Below are positions 1 through 8,608 of a stretch of 64,000 bases of DNA, one piece after another; position 1 is the stretch's first letter, and each line of letters opens with the position of its first letter. Under the pieces are notes generated by a model. The model was not told where the DNA came from. It ran no database searches and saw only the letters and a program-made list of their open reading frames with translations. The translations under genes and the position numbers were made by a program. The stretch comes from a virus (taxonomy: Duplodnaviria; Heunggongvirae; Uroviricota; Caudoviricetes): IMG/VR virus record IMGVR_UViG_3300022661_000054. The stretch is one strand, 5' to 3'.

Positions 1-1053
1 TTGCCAATATTCCTCATATGAAGTATTGCTTTCATAAGCCTCTGCTGCGCTATCTCTATAGATTTCAAGTAATTGATCATAATACTTATCTAATAGAATG
101 TCAAAATGATCTTTTAAAAAGGCATGCCAAGCGTCTTCATCTTCTAGTGTATTAAGTCCACCTGGAACATCTAAAACATCTTCTTCGGTTATGAGGTCAT
201 GTTCCCACATGTCTACTGCAACATCATATTTTGAAACGGTATATGTATAGTGAACAGTTTCTTCGTGTTCACCATAAGTACCAGTTTCTCTGTCTTGTTT
301 ATTATCTAAAAGAGTAACTTCTAAATCATTATAATCAAACTCGACAGCTTCTTTACCATTAAAAGCTTCGTCAAGAAAATCTAAGTAGTTATTTTCTCTA
401 AAGGTTAGAGTTTCTCCTCTAGACTTAATAGCAGCCTCACAGTGATCACAGAGCCAGCCCATATCTACTTCATAACGGCACTGACTACGATCGTAGAGTT
501 CTTCACACCAAGTGCACTCAACTACTTCGTCTGCACAGTCTGGACAGATCCAACCATGCTTCTCATCGTGCTTACAGTCTTCTTTTGGATAAAGCTCGTT
601 ACAGCAAACACATTCAACTGTGTCCTCGTTTTCTTCCATAGCTTCTACTAACTGTTCGATTGTCATTCCTTCTGGAATAGGTTTTCTAAAGTTGTCCGGG
701 ATTTCATCTAGCACCGAAACTTCCGAAGTTTCAGATTCAAAATCCACGGAGTTGTCTAAAGCATCAAACTCTGGATCACGGTCTGGATTATATTCTGCAA
801 AGTCACCATGAGTAAAAACAGAGGCAGCAGGTTCATCTGCTGAAACATCTGTCATCATATCTTCCCAAGACCAGATGGCACCAAGGTCATTAGAGTCGGT
901 ACACTCACCAAAATCATTCCTGCAAACTTCAGTTTGAGTAATAATAGGTTTGTTGTCCAAACAACCTAGAGCGTATTCTTTAGCTTCATCGAAAAAATTA
1001 AAATACTCATCTTCACAGTCTGGGCACTTAACAAAATAAATATATTCAATCAT
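1..1053 (-). CDS. Acidic protein with tandem Cys-rich zinc-finger-like repeats; 3' end runs off the window (absent from ORF track)
   Basis: Manual translation from ATG at 1053 (MIEYIYFVKCPDCEDEY...) is open to base 1; contains VECVCC..WICPDC and VECTWC..WLCDHC repeats; AGGAG RBS and late motif upstream. Confidence 0.8.
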   Translation of the reverse strand, partial: MIEYIYFVKCPDCEDEYFNFFDEAKEYALGCLDNKPIITQTEVCRNDFGECTDSNDLGAIWSWEDMMTDVSADEPAASVFTHGDFAEYNPDRDPEFDALDNSVDFESETSEVSVLDEIPDNFRKPIPEGMTIEQLVEAMEENEDTVECVCCNELYPKEDCKHDEKHGWICPDCADEVVECTWCEELYDRSQCRYEVDMGWLCDHCEAAIKSRGETLTFRENNYLDFLDEAFNGKEAVEFDYNDLEVTLLDNKQDRETGTYGEHEETVHYTYTVSKYDVAVDMWEHDLITEEDVLDVPGGLNTLEDEDAWHAFLKDHFDILLDKYYDQLLEIYRDSAAEAYESNTSYEEYWQ

Positions 1054-1083
1054 GTTAAATATTCTCCTAAAAATTTAATCACA

Positions 1084-1095
1084 TAATTTAGCAAA
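1084..1095 (-). promoter_or_regulatory. Putative phage late promoter TTTGCTAAATTA
   Basis: Copy of the recurrent intergenic motif, about 30 nt upstream of ATG 1053. Confidence 0.7.
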
Positions 1096-1105
1096 TCGAA
1101 ATTAC

Positions 1106-1573
1106 TTAAATTTCATCAAGTAGCCCAGAAGCTCTTAGAATTCTTTCTGACTCTGAAATTAAAAAAGTTTCGTTCACGTCTCCGGCGACTAAGAATACCT
1201 TAAGTATCCGACCTTTGTAACAGAGCCGTATATCTCGATAATCTCCATTATGAAAATACTCTAATTTTGCTCCAACGAAATTCGGACAATTTCGGAAATC
1301 TGTAATTAAGTCCAAATGTTGATCTATGTAGCGGCACATGTCTTCTCTATAGTAGTGGTTAAACATGCCTAAATCAACTAGCTGGTTATTCCACTGTGCT
1401 ACACACTGTGAGCCGGATACATCAGAGAGAAAATAGATCTCTTGTCCTCGATATCTTATAGCATCATATCTAAGAGGGTATCCAGCTTCTAGTGCTTCTT
1501 TAGAGATCTCGGATAATTGCTCTGAGCTCGTCGTCAAGTCTACTATTTGTCTGTCCAGTAAATTCGATTCCAT
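1106..1573 (-). CDS. Hypothetical protein (true start probably downstream of 1573)
   Basis: ORF fills the gap below the helicase; 5' end overlaps the helicase by 74 nt. Confidence 0.6.
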   Translation of the reverse strand: MESNLLDRQIVDLTTSSEQLSEISKEALEAGYPLRYDAIRYRGQEIYFLSDVSGSQCVAQWNNQLVDLGMFNHYYREDMCRYIDQHLDLITDFRNCPNFVGAKLEYFHNGDYRDIRLCYKGRILKVFLVAGDVNETFLISESERILRASGLLDEI

Positions 1574-3227
1574 CTACGAGGTATTCTCCTAATTCTTTTT
1601 TAGTTTCAATAATCTGCTGAACCCGCTCATCTATTGTATCTTTACATAAGAGTACGGTAATGAAAGCAGGTCTTTCATTATTAACACGCCATATTCTATC
1701 TGTGCCCTGATCAAACATCGCAGCAGTATAAGGAGTATCTAAACAGATCAAGTAAGCAGCAGAGTTTAAGGTCCAGCCAGTTCCAACTTTTCCCCAAGTA
1801 CCTATGAATACTTGTTCACTAGGGTTATCCTGGAATCTGGCTACATTATCTGCTACAACTGCATCAGGAACATCTCCTGTATTAATACTAAAACGAAATT
1901 GTCCTAATTTCGCTGCAAGTTCATTTAGAGTTTCTTTAAAGACCGAAAGCACAACTACCTTCTCACCTTGAGATGTTAGCTCTTGGATTAACTCAACGCA
2001 GCGGTCTACTTTACATGAACTTACTTTCTGAGTAGTTAATAAGCTAGGACATGCAGTAGCCTGACGTAATCTAGTAGTAAGTGCAAGTAAGCTTGAGGTC
2101 TTAAGTTCAATCTTATCAGCCTCTTCTTTAACACCTTCCTTAATAGCTTCGTAAAACTTTCGTTGATCATCTTCCGGTTCTAGAAGTTCTAGAGTTATAG
2201 TCTTCGGTGGCATGTCTGACCTAACCTGATCTAGAGTTCTTCTAAGTGAACACTCGTTAATCTCTTCTTGCAGAACCTCAAGGTTCTTAAAGCCAATTAC
2301 CTGAGAATTCTTGAAACCTCCAAAGTTACAGTACTGAGATTTATAATTAGTTAAAGTAGATTGGTCATTATCAGTCCAAGAAAGGGGGACATATGCAGAT
2401 AGCGGGTTATTAGTGATCAGAGTTCCTGTGGCAGCTACCTTAAACGGTGCTTCTAGTTTTAATAAGTTAGTTCCTTGCTGAGAAGTTTTAGTTGCAGCTT
2501 TGTGTGCTTCATCGAAAGCGATCATTCCAAACTTGTTACTAGACTTCTTAAACGCTTCGATGATCCTGTCATCTCTTAAACTCTCTAAGTTAGTAATGAC
2601 GAAGAACTCCTCAATAGGATCCTTGAGCTGTGCGGCTCTCTTATCCATGGACCTATATCTAACTGTACCGGTTCTAGTAGTGTACTCACCAAGCACTACT
2701 GCCGACTCGGTCGAAAACTTTTCGATTTCCTTCTTCCAGTTCTGCTTAAGTGAATTAACGCCGCAGATAATAAAACAGTGATCAATTATACCTCTGCGCT
2801 TAAGAGTCTCTGCTAACCAGATAATTGAGTTAGTCTTGCCAAGGCCCATTGAGTCTAAGAGTAACCACTTCTCATGTGCTAGACCAAAATTAATAGCTTC
2901 TAGCTGATGCTCGAACGGTTTCATCTTGAATGAAACTTTTTCTTTTTCGGAAAGCGGCTCTAAGTTAAATTGTCGACTGAAATGAAACTGTCCAGATTCC
3001 GGTGTATCTAATAATTTAAGTTGTATCTCGTCTAAGAAAGTAAGGCTATCTAATAGTCTTCCTAAATAACACACCGGGAATTCCCATACTTTATCTGCTT
3101 TGTGATAGTAATAAGTCGGTATAGTCTTGAGTGCGTCTACTATGTATTGATTAAAGTCAAATGAAACTACTAACGACGATAATCCAGAAATTTTCTTAGG
3201 CGGAGATATTTCGTGTATTGTTACCAA
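1500..3227 (-). CDS. SNF2-family helicase/translocase with N-terminal HARP-like domain
   Basis: DSMGLGKT Walker A, FDEAHK Walker B, ATGT motif III, GTGWTL and QGTDRIWR motifs; N-terminal VSFDFNQYIVDALK...KVWEFP resembles HARP. Confidence 0.9.
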   Translation of the reverse strand: MVTIHEISPPKKISGLSSLVVSFDFNQYIVDALKTIPTYYYHKADKVWEFPVCYLGRLLDSLTFLDEIQLKLLDTPESGQFHFSRQFNLEPLSEKEKVSFKMKPFEHQLEAINFGLAHEKWLLLDSMGLGKTNSIIWLAETLKRRGIIDHCFIICGVNSLKQNWKKEIEKFSTESAVVLGEYTTRTGTVRYRSMDKRAAQLKDPIEEFFVITNLESLRDDRIIEAFKKSSNKFGMIAFDEAHKAATKTSQQGTNLLKLEAPFKVAATGTLITNNPLSAYVPLSWTDNDQSTLTNYKSQYCNFGGFKNSQVIGFKNLEVLQEEINECSLRRTLDQVRSDMPPKTITLELLEPEDDQRKFYEAIKEGVKEEADKIELKTSSLLALTTRLRQATACPSLLTTQKVSSCKVDRCVELIQELTSQGEKVVVLSVFKETLNELAAKLGQFRFSINTGDVPDAVVADNVARFQDNPSEQVFIGTWGKVGTGWTLNSAAYLICLDTPYTAAMFDQGTDRIWRVNNERPAFITVLLCKDTIDERVQQIIETKKELGEYLVDGIEFTGQTNSRLDDELRAIIRDL

Positions 3228-3345
3228 ATTTGAAATCTCCTAAATTACAAAATGAAATATTCTCAATTCCGAAATTGATCCGATTACGGAAAACGAAATA
3301 ATCGAAATCTCGGAAGTTTCGCGCTACGTATATACGCGCGTAAGG

Positions 3346-3396
3346 AAAAAAGGCCTTTTTAGCTAAATGTATCTGAAATTAGCTAAAACTCGGCCT
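3346..3396 (-). terminator. Probable rho-independent terminator
   Basis: Imperfect stem aggcc..ttttagcta / tagctaaaa..ggcct with a minus-strand T6 tract, just after stop 3407. Confidence 0.5.
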
Positions 3397-3406
3397 AAGT
3401 GTATTA

Positions 3407-3712
3407 TCAATCTAAAAGAGAAACGTATTGCGTTCCGAAATCACGTTCAGGAGCTTCTTCTTTAGCTCTATATGTAACAGTTGCTTCTATAACAAAAGGT
3501 TTTTCACAATATTCACATACGAAATGCTCAATCATATCCGGTTCTTTTGTTTCTGCGTAATCTTCATATAAAATTCTACCGAAAGAATCCTTAACTACTT
3601 CTTCTGGCTGTCCTATAAGAGAACCTGGCATATAAAGTTCTCCTGGAAGATATTCAGCCCCACAATGTGGACATCTAATAACTGGTGATTTATGAGTAAT
3701 TTGTGTTTTCAT
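3407..3712 (-). CDS. Small zinc-ribbon protein
   Basis: CPHC and CEYC pairs; AGGAG RBS. Confidence 0.75.
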   Translation of the reverse strand: MKTQITHKSPVIRCPHCGAEYLPGELYMPGSLIGQPEEVVKDSFGRILYEDYAETKEPDMIEHFVCEYCEKPFVIEATVTYRAKEEAPERDFGTQYVSLLD

Positions 3713-3779
3713 TTAAGCTCCTGACCAAAAATTTAATTTTTTGAAAATTTTTAAAAAAATAATTAGCACGCGTGCGCGC

Positions 3780-3816
3780 CTCTAGCACTATATATAATAT
3801 ACTCTAGCACTATATA
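3780..3816 (+). repeat. Direct repeat CTCTAGCACTATATA x2
   Basis: Exact copies at 3780-3794 and 3802-3816. Confidence 0.9.
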
Positions 3817-4017
3817 GATCTAAACGCGCGCGTTCAACGCTATATTATAATAAATTATAATAAAATATATTATTTAAATTATTTATATATTTTATATTTT
3901 TTATTTTGACTAAAGATCTATTTTAGTAAAAAACTAATATTGCAGCAAGCTGCTAAGCCTTCGGCTAAAGCCTCAGTCTTATTAGTATTAAATAAATACT
4001 TTAGTACTACCTAAAAT

Positions 4018-4025
4018 ATTATACA
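4018..4025 (-). promoter_or_regulatory. TGTATAAT -10-type (early/middle) promoter element
   Basis: Same element recurs at 7891, 40095, 52397, 58047 and 59163 (variants at 10496, 14259). Confidence 0.5.
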
Positions 4026-4420
4026 GTATATAGATTATTAATTTAATAATTTTTTAAAAAATTTTCAGAAAAATATTTAATTACGAGCGGGCTATTAATT
4101 TAATAATTTATTAAATTAATAATTTATTAAATATTTGTGAATTTTTTGTAAATTTTTAAATTACACGACAACATATAATTAAATGCTTAAAACTATCGTA
4201 AAACGTACGAAATTCTTCCATATTCTAGTTTTTATTATTAAGTAGTATAATTTGCCTACTAATTAGTAAAATACGTTCTGGGACGAATTATGGACCAAAT
4301 ATGAGTATCTTAATAATTATTATTAGGTTAGCTTTATTTTAAAATAGCTCCAGGAGGCTAATATTTCTTCTGTAAGACCTTTTTATAGATTATTAGGTCT
4401 CCTATATTAGCTAAAAAGAA

Positions 4421-4451
4421 AAAGACCTTTTATATCATGTAAAAGGTCTTT
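4421..4451 (-). terminator. Rho-independent terminator
   Basis: Stem aaagacctttta / taaaaggtcttt with T tract, after stop 4459. Confidence 0.8.
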
Positions 4452-4458
4452 AAATTTA

Positions 4459-6477
4459 TTATGTAGATTCTTTCCAGCCTGATGCAGTCTTAACAAAGAC
4501 AGTATCGGCTTCTACCCATTTGTCATTTGCTTTAACCCATACTTGTCCTTCGGTCCACTTGTTATCTGCTTTAATTCGGACTATTCCTGCATTCATAACA
4601 GTGTGCACTTCAGAACTAACCGTATCACTGTATAGTTTATTACCATTAGCATCTTTAGTATAGGCCTGGATCGTCATGCGAACAGTATCACCTGGTTTAA
4701 AATCATATGACACTGGGTCTATTGTAACACCGGTCTGAGACGTTTCTCGGTTATAGTCTATAACTGATTTATTATTCCTCGTAAGACATATTCTATAACC
4801 GCTTGGTGTAACACCAGAAGGCGGATTCCACGAGAATATCCAATTTTCTTTTATAGTTAATCTTGATTTAGTATATGATAAAACTGGTGGGCTTGGCTCA
4901 GTAGCACTCGGATAATATATAGCGTTAACTGATGTAGCTGTGGCAGTTTTAGTTTTAGATACGTTTTTTCCTGCATAGGTAAAAGTGGATTCAATATAAG
5001 CTGCTACTGTACAATTTTTAGTTAGTTTAAGCGGGTATTTGTCTGTACCTATCGTAAATGACCCGCCGCTAGTTGCTGTCAAGCTTACGGGGGTCCAGTT
5101 ACTAGCACCATTAATTTTATAATAAACAGTAGAACTTGTAATACCATTATTAATACCATTTGTACCTTTATTACCCTTTATAGTAACAGTATTATTTCCA
5201 TTATCTATTATCTGTATGGAACCTGCTTCACCCTCAGTTCTATAAGTAATACTTTTAGTTATAGTACTACCTATAGTTACTGCGCTGCCTGCTTTAGCAA
5301 AGGCATTAGCCATAAAAGCTTTTACTGTATAATTTTCTGTTTTGCCACTAAGCTCTCTTGTTGTCTGATTAGACGTTTGTGAAGCGCTTGTTGTTAACAA
5401 CGGATATTCTTTTGAAGTATTAGCCCCAGGCGTTGAATCAGAATTACGAATTGGGTTTGGAATGCTACTAGAGGAACTCGGAGTTACTGTGTAATATAAA
5501 GCTGAATGAGCTAGAGCGTTATCAATTCCATTAGCGCCGTTTTTATAAGTAACAGTAAATTTTTGTCCTAAGTCATCTACCGGTTGTATACTGACAACAG
5601 AGGGCGTGCCACCATCTGTCCAGTAGTCTAAAGTGCCAGAAGTCATGCTAGCTGTTAGTGCACTACCTGTACCAGAAAAATAACTACGTGCTACAGCCTT
5701 TACCGTATAGTCTTTAGTTGGCAGAGCACAACCATTTTCTGATGTGCTTGAGTTATTTATTGTTATATTGTAGTCGTTTCCAGAATTAGGTGTTAGTGTT
5801 ACTTTATGAGTCGGCAGGCTACAAGCACCAGCATCGCTAAATGTAGGAGTACTCCCATTATGTGTATAATAAATAGCCATGCCTGCTATAGGATTATTTA
5901 CACCGCTCTTACCTTGCTTTCCTTTTATAGTAAAAGACTTAGCTTGATGACCTGCAGTAATACTAGTTATAGTAGGAGCAGTTCCAGGGCCTATATATTT
6001 TGGAATAGACAAAGAGAACGTCATGGAGCCTTTTTGAGTTCCTGCCCAGTCGGCCCAACCTACTCCAATAGTTATTTGAACACTTGTAGTATCTTTAGTA
6101 AGTTCTGATATATAAAAACCGAAACAGAGATGCTCCTTGTCCCATTTACCGGCCGTGTTACGGTTTGTATAGTGAGCATAGATAGTGTCACCACCATAAA
6201 CGCGGCTATTACTAGTCTCACCTGTAGTAACATTAGCAAATCTTGTTGTATTTGTATATTTTTTTGTCGACGCGTCGTATCCATCGCCAGCCCAATAATG
6301 AGCAGCAATTGAATTATGAGTCCAGTCAGTAGTTGGGATATCGGGAGTAAAACAAACACCAAATTTAAAAGATACTGCTTTTTCCGTTCTAGTAACATCA
6401 CCACGGTAAATATTAACTTTCATTTTAACATTACCGTAGGAACTCGTAGATTGTGCAGTAGAATAGACGTAAGCCAT
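4459..6477 (-). CDS. Virion fibre/adhesin-like protein with Ig/FN3-like repeats
   Basis: Thr/Ser/Gly-rich beta protein; three FTI/VT..G.NG.NN..YY repeats, FN3-like FSWNPPSG..GYRI, C-terminal W-x-VK repeats typical of phage fibre ends. Confidence 0.65.
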   Translation of the reverse strand: MAYVYSTAQSTSSYGNVKMKVNIYRGDVTRTEKAVSFKFGVCFTPDIPTTDWTHNSIAAHYWAGDGYDASTKKYTNTTRFANVTTGETSNSRVYGGDTIYAHYTNRNTAGKWDKEHLCFGFYISELTKDTTSVQITIGVGWADWAGTQKGSMTFSLSIPKYIGPGTAPTITSITAGHQAKSFTIKGKQGKSGVNNPIAGMAIYYTHNGSTPTFSDAGACSLPTHKVTLTPNSGNDYNITINNSSTSENGCALPTKDYTVKAVARSYFSGTGSALTASMTSGTLDYWTDGGTPSVVSIQPVDDLGQKFTVTYKNGANGIDNALAHSALYYTVTPSSSSSIPNPIRNSDSTPGANTSKEYPLLTTSASQTSNQTTRELSGKTENYTVKAFMANAFAKAGSAVTIGSTITKSITYRTEGEAGSIQIIDNGNNTVTIKGNKGTNGINNGITSSTVYYKINGASNWTPVSLTATSGGSFTIGTDKYPLKLTKNCTVAAYIESTFTYAGKNVSKTKTATATSVNAIYYPSATEPSPPVLSYTKSRLTIKENWIFSWNPPSGVTPSGYRICLTRNNKSVIDYNRETSQTGVTIDPVSYDFKPGDTVRMTIQAYTKDANGNKLYSDTVSSEVHTVMNAGIVRIKADNKWTEGQVWVKANDKWVEADTVFVKTASGWKEST

Positions 6478-6479
6478 AC

Positions 6480-7145
6480 TTATTCCTCCTTATCTAATAC
6501 AGAATCAATCTTAGTAAGAATATCTTCTATGATTTCCTTAGTAGCATCAGAAAGATTTTTTTCTTCATCGTCTTTAGCATTTTCATAATAGTATTTAGAA
6601 AGTTCATGAAGGTCTCCCTTGTCTATAGAGAAGGAACCCCAGTCACAAATCATTTCTAATATATAAATATAAGGCATATCTTCTCCGAGCCAGAACTCTG
6701 GGTGATGCTCATTATTCATCCAGTGATGCTTCCATGCTTCGTCGAATCCAGGAATAAAGTCTAATGGCTTTCCATTAATATCTTGCGGACCGAAGAACTT
6801 TTGAGCGTAGGCTTCAAATTCTTCTTCACTAAATTTAGATTCATCATGTTCTGCTATAATTTCGTCGAAGACTTCCGTGTCCATTTCTTCAAAGAGCTCA
6901 GGAAGATTTTCTTTTAGCCAGTCAGCAAATTGAGAAACTCTTTCTTTATGTCCGATGACGTAGTTCTTATACTCTTCTTGGTAATCGTCTAAGTCTTCAT
7001 TTATTATATTAAGAAGACCGAAAGCATTTATTAAATTCATAAAATTCATTTCTGCCTTTCTATATAGAATAAAAGCTTCCAAGAACTTAAGTCTCAGAAG
7101 CCAGTTTTTATTTTTTGAGCCATCTATAACATTCTTATTTTCCAT
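6480..7145 (-). CDS. HD-fold/DUF5662-like putative phosphohydrolase (likely start ATG 7049)
   Basis: HKERV, HDESKFS, AWKHHWMNNEHHPEFW and EMICDW motifs; GAAAGG RBS before 7049. Confidence 0.65.
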   Translation of the reverse strand: MENKNVIDGSKNKNWLLRLKFLEAFILYRKAEMNFMNLINAFGLLNIINEDLDDYQEEYKNYVIGHKERVSQFADWLKENLPELFEEMDTEVFDEIIAEHDESKFSEEEFEAYAQKFFGPQDINGKPLDFIPGFDEAWKHHWMNNEHHPEFWLGEDMPYIYILEMICDWGSFSIDKGDLHELSKYYYENAKDDEEKNLSDATKEIIEDILTKIDSVLDKEE

Positions 7146-7150
7146 TCATT

Positions 7151-7160
7151 TAATTTAGCG
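7151..7160 (-). promoter_or_regulatory. Putative late promoter CGCTAAATTA
   Basis: Motif copy upstream of the DUF5662-like and fibre genes. Confidence 0.65.
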
Positions 7161-7310
7161 TAACTTTATAGCCGAAGTTTTAATATTTTAATAATCTGAT
7201 AATCTATTAAACTAAAAACATTTTACATATATAATCTATCTTATATGGCAAGTTAGCTCTAACCTGTTTGTGTAATATTATATAAACAAGTTTTTCTATA
7301 TATATATAAT

Positions 7311-7344
7311 AAAAAGAACTTAAGTATCTCTACCCAAGCTCTTT
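7311..7344 (-). terminator. Rho-independent terminator with GAGA tetraloop
   Basis: 14-bp stem pairs fully only on the minus strand (three G-U pairs), followed by T tract. Confidence 0.8.
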
Positions 7345-7350
7345 ATTTAT

Positions 7351-7554
7351 TTACATATATAATTCCTGTAGTTCTTTTTCTGCTTCTTTATTTATTTCTC
7401 TTCTATATTTCTTTTTGAATAGTCTTCGATTTTTCTTTTTCATCTTAGACCAACCATTATGATTATTTGCCCAGCAGACCCAGCGTTTACTAAACCAAGA
7501 TTGTTTATTTTCTGAAAACTGTCTACGAGTTATTTCTGACTTTCTCATACTCAA
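7351..7554 (-). CDS. Small basic hypothetical protein
   Basis: Lys/Arg-rich 67 aa; 4-nt overlap with upstream gene. Confidence 0.6.
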   Translation of the reverse strand: MSMRKSEITRRQFSENKQSWFSKRWVCWANNHNGWSKMKKKNRRLFKKKYRREINKEAEKELQELYM

Positions 7555-7859
7555 CCCTCTTTAATATCTTTTACATATACCTCGAACTCGTCAAAGGTAT
7601 CTTCAACTATCTTTTCTTCTATTACTTGCCAGTCAATAGAAATTATATTAGATAGAATATACATGATTCCTTCTTTATCTCTTAAGTAGCCGTCGGAAGT
7701 TACGTCTATCATTATATATTCAGGAGCCGAGCATTTAAGTCTATTTATAATAATCCAGTTATATTCAAGTCCCTCGTGTTCCTTTCCGTCTACTGTAATA
7801 AAAACAGGTTTATATTTTCTTATATTGATTTTTTCTTTTTCAAATAATTTTTTGAACAT
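7551..7859 (-). CDS. Hypothetical protein
   Basis: GAGGGA RBS; TGTATAAT at 7891-7898. Confidence 0.75.
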   Translation of the reverse strand: MFKKLFEKEKINIRKYKPVFITVDGKEHEGLEYNWIIINRLKCSAPEYIMIDVTSDGYLRDKEGIMYILSNIISIDWQVIEEKIVEDTFDEFEVYVKDIKEG

Positions 7860-7890
7860 CTAAATCCCTCAATTTTTTTTATTATATATT

Positions 7891-7898
7891 ATTATACA
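7891..7898 (-). promoter_or_regulatory. TGTATAAT -10-type promoter element
   Basis: Recurrent element upstream of gene 7551-7859. Confidence 0.55.
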
Positions 7899-7936
7899 AT
7901 AATAAGCAGCCGTAATTAAAAAAATAAAATTATTTG

Positions 7937-7965
7937 TTTACAAAACAAATCTTCTGTGTTATGAT
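7937..7965 (+). promoter_or_regulatory. Host sigma-A/sigma-70 promoter TTTACA-N17-TATGAT with extended TGn
   Basis: Near-consensus -35/-10, 17-nt spacer, A-rich UP element, AAAGGAGG RBS downstream. Confidence 0.8.
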
Positions 7966-7999
7966 AAAAATAAATAAATTTTAAAAGGAGGATTTTATT

Positions 8000-8554
8000 A
8001 TGTTCTACTGTACTATTTATCAACAATCAAAGCTCTCAGATAAATCTACGTGCGAGTTATTTATCAGTTTATCTTATTTAGACAAAGTTGATGCGGAAAA
8101 CTATAAGCAAACTTTAATTAAGCAGGCACTTGAAAATGGAGGCAGTATCTATTTAGACGACGGTGACTGTACTACAATAACCGGCAAGATTGTACTTAAA
8201 ACGACAGGAATTACTACCAATCGCAGTAACAGTCATTACAGAATTAATATAGAAAATGAAACTACTAAGTTTTCATTCCTATCTCAAGAAGCAAAGTCCA
8301 CAGTACCTATTTACAAAGTAACTGACGGGCTCGCTTATGAAGTCCGAGTAGAAGAACTTAAACAGAGGAAATTCTTGGAGCATCAAGCAAAGTTAGACGA
8401 AGCTAGTCGTAATCTAAAAATGTTTGCTGATGAAATAAAACCTATGACAGATCTTTATGCTGTTTTAAGATCATTTGTTAGGTATTCTAATCGTAAGTCT
8501 GACAAAGAAAAACTTGCTACCTTAGCTATTAAAAAGATTCAAGAATTATCTTAA
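8000..8554 (+). CDS. Hypothetical protein, the only credible plus-strand gene
   Basis: Own promoter, perfect RBS and terminator; 184 aa. Confidence 0.85.
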   Translation: MFYCTIYQQSKLSDKSTCELFISLSYLDKVDAENYKQTLIKQALENGGSIYLDDGDCTTITGKIVLKTTGITTNRSNSHYRINIENETTKFSFLSQEAKSTVPIYKVTDGLAYEVRVEELKQRKFLEHQAKLDEASRNLKMFADEIKPMTDLYAVLRSFVRYSNRKSDKEKLATLAIKKIQELS

Positions 8555-8563
8555 ATTACATAT

Positions 8564-8608
8564 AATAAAAAAGAGCCTAAGATATTTTTCTTAAGCTCTT
8601 TTATTTTT
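8564..8608. terminator. Bidirectional terminator between convergent genes
   Basis: aaaagagcctaaga / tcttaagctctttt stem with A/T tracts on both sides. Confidence 0.8.

Larger units (their letters stand above)
3713..4458. other. Long structured AT-rich non-coding region, candidate replication origin
   Basis: No ORF; 15-bp direct repeat, CG palindromes, pure A/T tract 3841-3907, several hairpins. Confidence 0.45.

Noticed and set aside
3940-3985. Hammerhead ribozyme (CTGA..stem..GAA on minus strand)
   Set aside because: Core lacks CUGAnGA and GAAA; flanking stems are not in hammerhead geometry
3713-4458. CRISPR mini-array
   Set aside because: Only two 15-bp repeats 7 bp apart; no repeat-spacer periodicity; the Cas4-like nuclease sits in a replication operon with no cas genes
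4459-6477. Diversity-generating retroelement target
   Set aside because: No reverse transcriptase and no template/variable repeat pair seen in the window
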